From: Gekko japonicus
Taxonomy: Eukaryota
Assembly (NCBI RefSeq): GCF_001447785.1
Contig: NW_015177022.1
Location: 978,654-1,042,653, forward strand
Reading direction: 5' to 3'
DNA length: 64,000 bases
In this document: positions 48,608 through 61,666 of the stretch, piece after piece
Position numbering within the stretch: position 1 is the first letter of the stretch
How the letters are laid out: every line of letters starts with the position of its first letter
Made by a program: the position numbers and the translations under genes
Notes under the pieces: model-generated
Databases searched by the model: none
Told to the model about the DNA's origin: nothing
The model's input: only the letters and a program-made list of their open reading frames with translations

Positions 48608-49901
48608 GCTAGTCTTATCAAAGGTCTGCTGGTTTCCTCAGAATTTCTTGAGTGTTCTGTTTGCATGGGATCCTCTAGTTTCTCCCCTTGATATTCTGCT
48701 CCAAGTATCTCCAGGAGGCCCACATAGTTTTGTCCTGACAGTTAGGTTGGGTTAAGAGAAAGAGTGAGTGGTCCAAGGTTAACACTGAAAGGAGAATTGA
48801 ACTGGGGTCTTCACCGTGCAACAATCTAACCAGTATACTACACTAGTCTCTCAGGCTATCCTACCTCGTGGGGCTGTTGTAGAGATAAAACGGACTACAG
48901 AGAGAACCATGTATGCCACCCTAGGTTCCTTGGAGGGTGGGCGGGAATCGGGATGAAAATCTAGGAGACTGTCATTCCGGATCACCATTCTTGAAACAAA
49001 ACCCCAGAAATGGCTTTGTGTAAACATGCCCAAAGAGGGCAGTGTGCGCATACAGATTACCCTAAATCCTCATGGCCTGCCCAGAACAGCCCCCCCCCCC
49101 AATATCAATTAGTACAGCCACTGTGAGATCTACACGTTGTGAAACACTTTTATAAGTGCTAGATTGTATAGTCATTAGTATTATCTTCATTAATTAACAT
49201 ATCTAAAGAGCAATTAAGCAGCCTCTGCCACCTCTGTTTATTTCCTGTTACTGTCAATGGGTGCTCTGAAAGACAGGATGACTTGCCATCTTAGACCTGG
49301 GCCTCCCTCCTGTGGGGTGTGCCCTCGGTCATGCTTTATTTATTTATTTAAAACATTTTTAAAAGCTGCTTTTCCACACAATTTAGGGTCCCCAAAGCGG
49401 TGGACAATAAAAGCATCAAAACAAGATTAAAAACATATAGAAATACAAGGAAAGAAAACAATTAGAACATGTAAACAAATACACCCACAAATGGGAGGCA
49501 GGCTCAAGGGGAATCAGTGAGGGAATGCCAGGCAAAACAGAGATACCAGCCCAGCACTCTTTACCTGCTGGGCTGCTGAAAGACAATGGTAGAAGGGGAC
49601 AGATGGGGAGGAATTCCATAATTTAATGCTAGTCATGGATGGGAATGCTAAAGAAACAGTTACAAGGAACAAAGTTTATATGAAGGACACACCATACTGT
49701 TCCAGTGCTCAGTTAGGCAATCTGAAATTGCGCCATCTTGGAATGACTTGAATTTTGTTGACATGTACTGTATATTTTATTATACAATTTAATTTTTTTG
49801 TTATTTATGCTCTTTTTGTTGTAAGCAACCCTGAGCCTTGCTTGCAAGGGAGGGCAGCCTAAAAATTTAATCAAATAGATAAATGTGATTCTTGTCAGGC
49901 C

Positions 49902-50802
49902 TAGGGTTGCCAGGTTCCCCCTGGCCAAGAGCAGGGGATGGGGGGGGTAGGGTTGCCAGCTCCAGGTTGGGATACGCCTGGAAATTTGGGGGTGGAGCCT
50001 GGGAAGGAGAGAGACCTCAGTGGGGTACAGTGCCATGGAGTCCACCCTCCAAAGCCTCCGTTTCTCCAGGGGAACTGATTTCTGTAGTCTGGAGATGAGC
50101 TCTAATTCCAGGGGATCCCCAGGTCCCACCTGGAGGCTGGCATCCCTGGGAGGGTGGTCTCCACATGCAACTTGTGTCACACATAACATTGGGGAATTAA
50201 CGTTCTCAAGCACTGTGTAGTCAGCTTGGTCTCACAAAGTGCAGTGTGCGGGAGGAGGAGTTTCAGCCTTCCCCCCTGCACACTTTTCTGGAGGCAAAAC
50301 AGCCATGTGGTGTCTGTTTGCTGACTGCAGCCCATGGTGCCCCACAACAGGACAAACAGAGTCCCCACATGACTGTTTTGGCTCACAGGGTTGTCAGTTC
50401 TGGGTTGGGAGTTTCCTGGAGATGGGGGTTGGAGCCTAGGGAGGTAGGGCTGCCAGCTCCACTTTGGGAAATACCTGGATATTTTGGGGGTGGAGCCTGA
50501 AGAGGATGGGGTTTGGGGAGGGACTTCAATGTGGTATAATGCCATAGAGTCCACCTTCTAATGTGGCCACTTTCTCCAGGTGAACTGATCTCTGTTGCCT
50601 AGAGATGACTTGTAATAGCAGGAAAGACTGGCAGCCCTATGGGGAGGGCAGGGTTTGGGAAAAGGAAGAACCTCTGCAGGGTATAATGGCATAGAGTCCA
50701 GGGTCCAATACAGCCATTTTCTCAAGGGGAATTGATCTCTGTGGTCTGGAGATCAGTTGTAATTCTGGGAAATCTCCCGGCCCCACCTGTAGATTGGCAA
50801 CG
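49902..50802. mobile_element. Cluster of TAGGGTTGCCA-family elements
   Basis: At least three copies of the tagggttgccagctcc..ttgggggtggagcctg..ctccaggggaactgat body. Confidence 0.75.
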
Positions 50803-51229
50803 CGATTCATGTCCTGTCCTTTTAACAGCTGTTTGATAGGTGGAAATTGGCATTCAAAGCTTTTCATGTCAAGGAGCTAAATGACATCACCTGGTAATTG
50901 CTGCAAATCAAACTGAGATTCAAGGAACAAGTCCTGAACAAACAATAATACAAATGAAGAGAAATCGATGTATGATTATGTGAAACATGCCAGCATCAAA
51001 GCTGATCTCAGCTTTACTCTGGTACTATAACAATACTGTACACAATGCAATGAAATACTGTACACAATGTACACAATGCAATGAAACTATGAATTCAAAT
51101 TAGCCAATCAAAGCCCAGTAAAGGGGAAATCAATCAATGGAGGCAACATTTGAACTGGTGACTTCCCAGATGAGAATATGGTCACTTAGTGGGGATCCCA
51201 CCGCCGGATCGAGCCCTAGGGGGAACTCC

Positions 51230-51395
51230 ACCCCAACGTGCACGTCACCTGGAAGTGACGCGGGCACGCCGGGAACGAGGGGGGTGGGGCCACGGCCATA
51301 CAAGGGAAAACTCTATGGTTTTCCCTTGTATGGCCGTGGCCCTGCCCCCAGCGTGCCTGGCGTCCTCCCATCACTTCCGGGTGACGTGCATGTGG
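51230..51395. repeat. GC-rich palindrome with a perfect 25-bp stem
   Basis: GGGCCACGGCCATACAAGGGAAAAC (51287-51311) and its exact reverse complement (51318-51342), 6-nt loop; outer arms tgcacgtcacc.ggaagtga / tcacttccgggtgacgtgca. Confidence 0.9.
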
Positions 51396-52532
51396 TGCGC
51401 AGGGGTGGGACAGGCTCAGGTTATCAAATAGGGGTGATGCAGGTGGGTCTCTGCTTTCCTCTGTGAAATGTGGAAAGGCAGAAGTAACTAGTGTCATAAT
51501 GACACTGTACATCTGGACATCTGCATGTCAAAAGCACAAATCCCTTACAAAAATTAAGAGTCCTATTTGCCTTGTGTTGCTAACCATGCTGCAATTATTC
51601 CGAGATATTAAATATTTCCCCCACTACTAAAACATGCTCTGAAATGCTTCTTTCCCCCCATTTAATCTTAAATATAAAATTGTAAACCTTACTGAGAATT
51701 TCACCCCCCTCCCCAAAATCTCTCTGCCTCCCCTCTCTAGAAATTGTGCCTTTATGAATAATTTTTAAACTATTTTTTCCTCTTCTTTTGTTTACCACAG
51801 CAGATACTGGAACTAGGGATGGAAAATACTTATTAACTCAGCCAAATCATCCCCCCTGCCAATGTGGGATGATTCCCAGGAGATATTTCTCCATTGCTTC
51901 TGTCCAGCCTCTTTTTTTAAAAAAACTGAGCGGTGGTTTTCGGTGACTTCCCAGGGGAGGCTGCTTCATACCCTAATAGCTCTCTCCATTTGAGTGGCAC
52001 ACAGCCATCTTTATACTATCCAGCGAAGGCTCTCCATAGCTGGATATTTATTGCAAAGCATAGCCTGTCAATATCTGCATGGCTCATTATGAGAACAATG
52101 CATTCACCACTGGAAAGCAGAATAGGGCTTGGTCCTTCGCCATTGAATCCTTATTGTCTGTTTTAAAGACCCTCCTCTATTGGCATCTATACCATCTGCA
52201 CTGTCCTTCTGGTTACGGCAGCAAGCCTAGGGCCTAACTACGCAATATGCTATTTTTTGATCTATCTGTGGGTCAGATGTGTTCTGGAGTTCCTTACTAC
52301 TCAGGCATTCAGGGATTGGGTTCGAATTGGGACCACAGCATGTGCGGAGAGGGGACTTAAGTCTCCCCCCCCCAAACCATTTCTCTGCCCTGAAAAAGCT
52401 CTGAGGAGTTTCTGTTTGCCCCATTGGGAAAGTTAATCTGTTCAGAGGGGCTGCAGGTGTTCTCCCTTAATGGGATAAATAGCAGGTCTCCAGGGCCATT
52501 TCAGGTCAGAGTATTCCATCTTTCTGTGTTTA

Positions 52533-52628
52533 TACCTCTGAGGAGGCCAGTCACAGTTCCTGGCAAAACGTCAGGCTCTACAATGCCAAGACCACGGCCA
52601 CACATCCCGGAAAATCTACAGCAACTAA
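52533..52628 (+). mobile_element. Penelope-derived terminal fragment with degenerate hammerhead core
   Basis: CTGAGGA-GGCCAG-loop-CTGGC-AAAACGTCAG followed by the same tail as 14640-14700. Confidence 0.65.
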
Positions 52629-53134
52629 TGAGCTCCATTGGAACTTCTGGAACTACTTGTGCCAATATGAACCAGCCTGTGGCTTGTTGTGATTATTTGG
52701 AGCTGGTCTTCTCTGCATGCCAACTTTACAGAAGGTAAGACTGGTGGGCACAGAGGGCCTCCTGCATGGCTGTCCCTGAGCTCTGGAACTCCCTCCCTTT
52801 TGTGACTTGAATGGCCCTCACATTGACAGCCTTCTAGAAACCAATTTATTTATTCTGTTTATCTGCTGGGGCATTACTATGCTGTTTTTCTCCCTAAAAG
52901 GAGGGACTCAACGCAGCATGGAGACATTTCTAGAATAAACCAAACTGAATATAATTGAAACAAGCTAAACAAACCAACAAAACATACATATCTTGGGCAG
53001 GTTCTAGGCCCCAGGTCTTAGCCATATGCAAAGATCCTAGAGCCATTTGGGGCTTGCTCTTCAGCTCTTGCCTCTAAACATACCCAGTACCTAAAACACA
53101 GAGGAGAAAATGAAGTCGGTCCAAATGCAACTCA

Positions 53135-53848
53135 GGCTGTGGTTACATGGCACGCTAATTGTGCCTTGTTCCCGCTTTAATTTAAACGGGAATATTTTGC
53201 TGCGGGTTTGGATGTCTACAGAGCCATCCACCTTACCGGCTGCTGGCCGTCCCCCTCACCCTTGACCCCATCCGGCAGTGGCAGCAGCTGCCCCTGGGCA
53301 GCTGCGGGGTGTCCTTGCCATTGGCCCAGTCACCGCCGGCCTGGCGCACCTTCTCCCAGCGCTTCTGGGTGGCCAGGAGGTTAAGCCCCAGCAGGAAGGC
53401 GCACAGCACAGACCGCGCTGTTCGGGCGCCGTCTCCGCCACCTCCTTGCCGCCCCTGTCCAGGCTGCCGGAGCCCCCACCTCTTGTTCGCGCCAGGATGC
53501 TGTAAGCACTGACATTTTTTTAAAAAAATGGGTTTATTAAGCGCATGTATGCCCATACGCTCAAACTGGAAGCTTAAAAAAAAAAAACAACAACCTACAA
53601 CAGAGAGCGGTCAGACGGCCTTATTTGCAATCATTGCGAAAGAGGGCTGTCCATATAGGTGAAATCGCACGTTCAAAGCGCAAAATCCAGGAAAGTACTC
53701 GATTTTCCTGGGGTCAGGAAAACCCGCGAGCATTGCGAGAATGAGCCTGCTTCGGCGCGGGAGGTGGATTGGCACATGTGAACAGAAAATTTAAATGCGG
53801 GAGGAAACAGCAGTGAATCCCGATCAAAGGGATCGTGTGACAGGACCC
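53135..53848. mobile_element. Probable Harbinger-type MITE
   Basis: Degenerate TIRs ggctgtggttacatg / cgtgtgacaggaccc; TCA on both flanks; CpG-rich interior. Confidence 0.5.
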
Positions 53849-54074
53849 TCAGCTACTTTTAGCAAGCTGTCAGACTCTTTCCTCCCTTTCCCAAAGAGCT
53901 TAAAGGGGAATGGAACTAAAGGAACTATCTCCCCAATTTGGGGGGCTTTTAAAAAAGTGTTTTAGCACTTTTACTATTGCTGCTTTTAATGATTCCAGAG
54001 TTTTATAGCTAGATTTGAATGCATGGTGATACCTTTTCACTAAACGCAGCTCTTTTATTTCTTTATTTATTTTG

Positions 54075-54277
54075 CTGTCAAATCACAGCTGACTTATGAT
54101 GACCCTGTGGGATTTTCAGTACAAGAGACGTTCAGAGGTGGTTTGCCATTGCCCACCTCTGCCTCATGACCCTGGTATTCCTGGGAGGTCTCCCATCCAA
54201 ATTCTGGCCAGGACTGACCTTGCTTAGCTTCTGAGATCTGATGAGATTGGGCTTGCCTGGGCTATTTAGGTCACGGT
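54075..54277 (-). mobile_element. 5S rRNA-derived SINE
   Basis: ggtctcccatccaa..tgcttagcttctgagatctgatgag is the 5S control region in reverse. Confidence 0.85.
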
Positions 54278-54578
54278 GCGGCTCTTTTACTCTTATTCAT
54301 GGTTTCTATTATTTATTATTTTAGCTAAATTAATTGTGTGGAGTTATTGTTTTAATCTTTTTATTAGGCACCTTGAGGGCTCTTCTGGTAGAAGTATGGG
54401 ATGTAAAAAAAATTAACTTTAACATCAAAGGTGTTTAGAGAAACTGTAGTTCAGTTGATCTGAGAAAGTGTTCCACGCTTTAGTTTTAAATCTGACAGAG
54501 CCTTGATAACATAGCGTTTTCCCAGACAGGAGGTGAATTTAACCCCTATCTAGATAGTACAGTTTAATCCCTGAGAAT

Positions 54579-54853
54579 CAGTTTGGTGTAGTGGTTAAGT
54601 GTGTGGACTCTAATCTGGGAGAACCAGGTTTGATTCTCTACTCCTCCACTTGCAGCTGCTGGATGACCTTGGGCAAGCAATAGTTCTGTCAGAGCTGTCC
54701 TGGAAAGAGCAGTTCTCGAAAGAGCTCTCTCAGCCCCACCTAACTCACAGGGTGTCTGTTGTGGGGAGGGGAAGGGAAAGGAGTTTGTAAGCTGCTCTGA
54801 GACTCCGAGTGAAGGACGGGGTATAAATCCTCCTCCTCCTCCTCCTCCTCCTC
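54579..54853 (+). mobile_element. Squam3-like SINE, near full length
   Basis: cagtttggtgtagtggttaag A box, ggtttgattc B box, (CCT)n tail. Confidence 0.88.
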
Positions 54854-56698
54854 CAAGGAGCTCACACATGGGGGTCACCCTTCCTTCATTTAATCCTCAC
54901 AACAACCCTGGGAGGTAGGGAGTGAGTGATTGGCTGAAGGTCATCTTGGGAGCTTCATGGCTGAATGGGGACTTGAACCTAACAGTACAGTGCTAAACAG
55001 ACTTAGAAAGACTGAACACTGTTTAGGACTTGGTCCTAGCTGGATACTCTTTCAAGTATACCACACAGGCTTTCTACAGTTTATGTTGAAGGAAAAAGAA
55101 AATCGCAGAAATGAGAGGAGAAAACCGTTCCACCCAGTTCTTTTAAATTCTTTGTGCTGAAGACAAATACAGTTATTAAACTCCTATGTCTATTTTTTCC
55201 TCTTCCTTTCCATCTGGCAAGAGGATGGGAGTGGGGGGAGGGAGAGGAGGCTGGAATCTGCTTCTTTCACTAATGCCTGTGGAAGCCTCGATTTTTTTTT
55301 TTTTTTACTCATTATAATTCCGCACCCAAAGTGATAACATTATCACATTTTTTATGTGGGTGACTTTTGTGCAAGTGTAAACATATTCACGCTGCAAATA
55401 TGTTTTGTTATATATGAATATCACTCAAAAGTAAAGCAAGCTGTGGTGAAGAGGGGCCTCCAGAGCAGCTCATGATACCCCTTCCTCGGTGTGCGTGTGT
55501 GTTTCTGTGCTCCTACAACAGTGATTAGCACCTTAGCACCCCACTCCTATCACCCCATTTGATTTCAATGGGAAACAAACAAAAATTGCCCTCTGAACCA
55601 CATGTGATTCTTCCTCAGGAGACATCTCTGATTCTAATTATGAGGTATAATACCGTAACTGTAGCCAAAGTATCCTCTTCCAAAGTGTAACCCCCCCCCC
55701 CTCCCAGTTTAGTCGCAGAGATCCTCTTGCAAGGTTCTGACCCCTCTGGAGTATGGATGAGCTGAAACTGTTTCCTTTTTTACGTTGTTATGTTGTCATT
55801 TGTCACCATTTTGGAGTCACCTCGCTCTCAATGTTATTGATGATTCTTTTATGGCCTGTATATGTTACATACATTGATACACTTCTCACAAGGGAGAGAC
55901 CACACTGAAAAGGGAATGTTCAAGTCAAACTAGAACTCTTTTGAAATTTGGTCTCACCCCCTGTGTCAGCAGCACCCCCCAAATGAAGACATGAGACAAC
56001 AGATGCATTTAACTTGATTTTATTAAGTGGCTGATCAGCATTATCTAACTATTCACTCAACTTTTCAGTATGAGTTGCAACTAAGGCAACATGCCAGCTA
56101 CCAACATGTGGGCAAACTGGCTCTAACTGTGGCTAGTGTTACCCCTGGCTTTTTTTTACTGTGGCCTGCACATCGGCTGTGCCACGAGATGTCAACAAGC
56201 CTCATCCCCTCCTTAAGTGGTGCAGAAGTAATTTAGATCTTCTCCTTCCCAAATCACTCTGAGGCTCAAGATCATGATACACTGTTTTAAGAATGGACAT
56301 TCATCCTCTGATGCTTCATGGTGGTCATCAATTACCCCTAGCTGCATTTTTAGTGACCCACACTATTCCTCCTATGCCCAGTTAAGGCCTAACCAATAAT
56401 GGTACAATAATGCCAGGAACATAATGAAGTAGGTGGAAAAAAATGAAGAATGAGATATAAACTTGACAATGAACTACTATAGGTATATACAGGGAAGCCG
56501 CTGCTATTGTGAAGGTGATGCCCATAGTTTGGTTCAAACTTTTCCTCAGCTGCACCCCATCTCTGTAATTCATAGCATCTATGTTCACAATGATCTAATT
56601 TTGACTGACTGGTCTAAAACAATTCATTTCCCATTGTGCCTCCATTTTAGTTTTCAAGGTGGTTTACAAACACAATTAGAAGCAGTTGAATTGTGTTT

Positions 56699-56828
56699 GC
56701 CATCTTCTGGGCATGGACCAGGGGTCACTGGGTGTGTGTGTGGGGGAGGTAGTTGTGAATTTCCTGCATTGTGCAGTGGGTTGGACTAGATGACCCTGGA
56801 GGTCCCTCTCAACTCTATGATTCTATGA
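56699..56828 (+). mobile_element. CR1-type 3' end
   Basis: gggttggactagatgacc..ctctatgattctatga octamer-repeat tail; reverse-oriented relative at 63805-63925. Confidence 0.8.
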
Positions 56829-58189
56829 AATAACAATAACACAAATTAAATAAACTACTTAATCAATGAAATACTGCCTTAAAAACCAATAAATAAGTAA
56901 AAAGATGTTAAGAACAACAACAGCAAAAGAACCAATCAATATGAACTGATTTCTTGCATTGACATCTCACCTTTCTTCCTTCATGGAACCAAAAGTAGCT
57001 CACCTGGGATACGTAGGTGGTCTCCCACCCAGGCACTTAGATGGCCCAGCTTAGCTTTAACAAAGATTCTGCAGCAGACATCCTCTAATCAAGACTTAAT
57101 GCCTTACTGTACAGACATCCTCTAAACTAAGGTTTAATGCCTTACTGTACATCACCCAGAGCCCGGCACAAGTCAGGGTAGGGTGATCAATTTAACAACA
57201 ACAACAACAACAATGAAAGACATGGATGAAGCGGACAGACTTGCCCTGGTGTCTGAAAGATAATAACAATTGCAGCAGTTAATTATGCACCTAACCTCTG
57301 AAGGTGGTCAGGGCACTCCGGGAAGAGTCTTTGATGAAGATCTCAGCAGATGGGGAGATCTTTTAGGTTCCCTGGCCACAAGACAGCATCTAATGGTAAT
57401 GTTCTTAGCTTTGTAGACTAACTGACCCTAAACACTCATGGGATAGTGGAAAATCTGACTTTTCACTGGGGACATATGAATTTAACTTAGCATGTAGGGC
57501 TTTATTTGACCAGCACTGAAACTAGTTAACGTCAACATTGCTTTTTTGATGGATTTTTTAAAAAAGCACACACGCAAAAAGAATTTTTATGCCATATTAA
57601 ATGTGTTAGGCATACACAATAACTTCTATAGATCCCCATTGGTTTTATCCCTCTTAAAATTCTTTAGCACAATCTCAGAGGGCTTTGCAAACACCTTTAA
57701 TTTTTATAGCTGCAAGAGAACACAGTGTAGGATCACATATGTTCAGGTATTACATTTCAGTATGTTCATTACCTTGGGACCAAGCCCTCTCAGCTGGTGG
57801 AAAATAGAAAGACTTATATGTGTGTGTGTGGGGTGGTGGTGGTGGAATGATACTATGCTTCTACCAGCCTCCCACTCCACCCTCAGGCACACTCTTTTTA
57901 TTTACTGCCATTAAAACTGATAAACTAAAAATGGCAAGTAACATCTGTACAAACAAGTCGTGCTACAGTCTCTTGAAGCTCGTTTCAAAAGCCGTAACTC
58001 CTACTTATGAGCATCAGCTAATGTAGATGGAGAACAGAGGAACATACCAGCAAAGGTCAGCAAGAATACAAGGCTGTGATTCAAAGATGCCATCTTGGTT
58101 ATGCATGTAAGGCTCTCTTATTATTGAGCGATGAAATTGTCTAGTTACCATCTTGTAGTGTAAAATGGGAGACTTCCTGCAAGCAAGAG

Positions 58190-58388
58190 GACACATGAAG
58201 CTGCCTTCTACTGAGTCACACCACTGGTCCATCAAGGGTCAGTATTGTTTACTCTGACTGGCAGCCACTCTCCAGGGCCCTAGGCTGAGATCATTCATGT
58301 CACCTCCTTCCTGATCCTTTTAACACAAGATGCCAAGGGATGAACATAGGACCTTCTGCATGCCAGGCTCTATAACTGAGCCACAGCT
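58190..58388 (-). mobile_element. tRNA-derived SINE with CR1-type tail
   Basis: Minus strand ctgtggctcagttatagagcctggcatgcagaaggtcc head to gactcagtagaaggcagcttcatgtg tail. Confidence 0.75.
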
Positions 58389-58578
58389 TTTCTTTTCTTT
58401 CCTGGAATTTCACATTGTGCACATTTTGCCCCTCTTTAATTTTGCTTTGGTTTGGATAATCCTGGAATTGGAGCTTGCAGCATTTGAAGCACCTTCCATT
58501 TCCTTCAGGACATTTTAAACTCCCCCCCCCCAATAGGTCACCAACATGCACACAACAGCAGCAGACAAAGCAAAATAA

Positions 58579-58908
58579 GGGCCAACCTAGATGTGACACC
58601 ATGAGTCTGACCTGTGGATTCTGCTGCCATTTTAAAGCAATTTAAAAATGCCATGTGGGCACAATCCTGATCAGGCCCATATCGTGGTGGGCTGAGGTGC
58701 TCTTGTCCTCCCCCTCTTATCTTTTCAAGTGCTGAAATGGATGTACCTCACCCCGGTGGCTGTTTCAGCACTGGAAAAGAGCACAAGGGAGGGCGGGACA
58801 AGAGAGCCTCAGCCTGCTGCACTCCCTCGTTGTGTTTTTAAATTGCTCTAAAATGGCAGCAGAGTCCATGGGTGAGACCTGTGCATACTGTCACATCAAG
58901 TTTGGCAC
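58579..58908. mobile_element. Palindromic PIF/Harbinger MITE
   Basis: TIRs GGGCCAACCTAGATGTGACA / TGTCACATCAAGTTTGGCAC (17 of 20 match); TAA on both flanks; the whole element folds back. Confidence 0.85.
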
Positions 58909-58987
58909 TAAAGGATCAGTTAACAGCAGCATCATTCCATGTTAAAACAACAGCAAATAAAAATGAACATCTCAGTACCAGCAATAT

Positions 58988-60580
58988 TTGTTATTGTTCA
59001 GTCGCACAGTTGAGTTTGACTCTTTGCGACCCCATCCACCACATCACGCCAGGCCCTCCTGTCCTCCATCGTCCTCTGGAGTTTGCTTAACTTCATGTTT
59101 GTTGCATTGATAACACTGTCTAACCATCTCATCCTTTGCCGTCCCCTTCTTCTTTGACCTTCAATCTTTCCCAGCATCAGGGTCTTCTCCAGTGAGTGCT
59201 CCTTTCTCATTTGGTGGCCAAAGTATTTGAGCTTCAGCTTCAGTATCTGGCCTTCCAGGGAACAGTCAGGGTTGATTTCTTTTAGGATTGACTAATTTGA
59301 TCTCCTTGCAGTCCAAGGGACTCTCAAGAGTCTTCTCCAGCACCATAATTTGAAAGAATCTATTATTTGGTGCTCAGCCTTCCTTATGGTCCAACTCTCG
59401 CAGCCATACATTACAACTGGGAATACCATTGGTTTGACCATATGGACTTTTGTTGGCAGGGTGATGTCTCTACTTTTTATTATGCTGACTAGGTTTGCCA
59501 TCACAGCAGGCGCCTTTTAATTTCATGACTGCTGTCACAGTCTGCAGTGATCTTGGATCCCAGGAACATGAAGTCTGTCACTGCTTCCAAGACGTCCCCT
59601 TCTATTTGCCAAGGAGTGATGGGGCCAGATGCCATGATCTTAGTTTTTTCGATGTTGAGTTTCAAGCCAACTTTTGCACTCTCCTCTTTCACTTTTAGCC
59701 AGAGGCTCTTTAGATCCTCTTCACTTTCTGCCATTAGAGTGGTATCATCTGCATATCTGAGGTTGATGTTTTTCCCAGCACTCTTAATTCCAGCTTGTGA
59801 TTCATCCAGGCCGGCATTTTGCATGATATACTCTGCATATAAATTAAATAAGCAGAGTGACAATATACATCCTTGTCGTACTCCTTTTCCTATGCTAAAC
59901 CAATCAGTTGTTCCATATCCGGTTCTAACTGTTGCTTCTTGACCCTTATACAGGTTTCTCAGGAGACATATGAGGTGGTCTGGTACTACCATCTTTTTAA
60001 GGACTTGCCATAGTTTGTTGTGATCCACACAATCAAAGGCTTTAGCGTAGTCAATGAAGCAGAAGTAGATGTTTTTCTGGTACTCCCTTGCTTTCTCCAT
60101 AATCCAACGAATGTTGGCAATTTGATCTCTAGTTCTTCTACCTCTTCAAAACCCAGCTTGTACTTCTGGCAGTTCTCTATCCACGTACTGCTGAAGCCTA
60201 GCTTGTAGGATCTTGAGCATGACCTTGCTAGCGTGTGATATGAGTACAATTGTGCGATAGTTTGAACATTCATTGGCATTGCTCTTCTTTGGGACTGAAA
60301 TGTAAACTGACCTTTTCCAATCCTGTGGCCACTGTTGCATTTTCCAAATTTGCTGGAATCTTGAGTGAAGCCCTTTAACAGCATCATCTTTTAAGACTTT
60401 GAATACCTCAACTGGGATACCATCACCTCCGCTAGCTTTGTTGTTTGTGATGCTTTCTAAGGCCCATTTGACTTCGCACTCCAGGATGTCTGGCTCGAGG
60501 TCAGTGATCACACCGTTGTAGTTGTCAAGGTCATTGAGGTCCTTCTTGTATAGTTCTTTTGTGTATTCTTGCCATCTCTC
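58988..60580 (-). mobile_element. BovB (RTE clade) LINE, 5'-truncated and frameshifted; RT domain
   Basis: FIDYAKAFDCVDH, GVRQGCILS, LRYADDTTLMAESEE, VVMYGCESWTIRK, LEKTLMLGKIEG; AGCAATAT at 58980-58987 and 60590-60597 as a probable TSD. Confidence 0.97.
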
Positions 60581-61666
60581 TATATAAATAGCAATATAAA
60601 TAGTAACAGTTAATAAACTACATCTCCGATCAGGAAGCAAAAATCAACTAAAGGCCCAGGATAATAAAAAGAGATTTTACCTCATTCTTGAAGCTTAACG
60701 AACTCAGCACTGAGTGAACTGGTGTGGGAAGGGAATTCCCGAGTCAAGTCTCCATTATAATGAAGTCTGTGTTTCTGTTTCCTATCCACTGGAAAGTGGG
60801 GCATCTAGAAGAGGGTTTCCAGAGAAAATTTGTGTGTATATATGTGTGTGTGTGTATGTATATGTATATATGTATACGCACGCGCACACACAAGGGCTAC
60901 AAGAATTTGCTAGGAATGTTAACAATTTTTTGTGAAAACTTTAGTTCTTTAGGTGTTGTAGATTTTCTGGGTTGTTTAATTCTGTTTGCAAGTTTCTTTT
61001 GTAGTTTCTCAGGGTGAAAGTGCTGTCCGCCTTTTTTACTAACAATTTCAACAGAATTCCATCTAAACATTGCTGTTAAAATTATGGATGCTGGTTCTAT
61101 TCTGATCCTGCTTGAAGGTCGGGAGGAGGGTGCTGATTATTTGGAAAACAGTTCAGATGCATCTGAATTAATATGGATATGTCCAGCTGTAAGATTACAG
61201 TATTTTCTGCCACAGTTGGGTTTTCTTGCCACCATCAACCTGCCTGCCATCCAATCACTGGCACCTCCAATTTTAAGACAGGCACATAGTAAAAGGGGGG
61301 GGGATCAGTTTGAGACTTTTGAGGTGAGACTTACTACTTAGAGCCTCTGTGTTCATGAGCACAACTGATCCTGTGATTAGTGCTTTTGATTAGTGCTATT
61401 TGCTTCTTGAATAGAGGGCACTGACTATTCAAGTGCAGGAAACAGGCAATGCATTCTATCTGTTGTTGCTCATCAAAACGATACATTGGATTGCTCAGGC
61501 ACAGAGACTGAAGGAATTACAAATGATTCCATGCTTTGCACAAATTACTTATTTTAACTACCCAAGTGACCATGTCCATGGAGGATAATGTCTCTTCTTA
61601 AATGAAAGGATGTAGCTGTGCTTAGGATGGCCCTGTAAGTCCTTGAACTGGGCAAAAGTAGTCTTT

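Noticed and set aside
59501-60640. Reverse-transcriptase ORFs as a novel RT system (retron, DGR or similar)
   Set aside because: Motifs are ordinary BovB LINE; truncated and frameshifted
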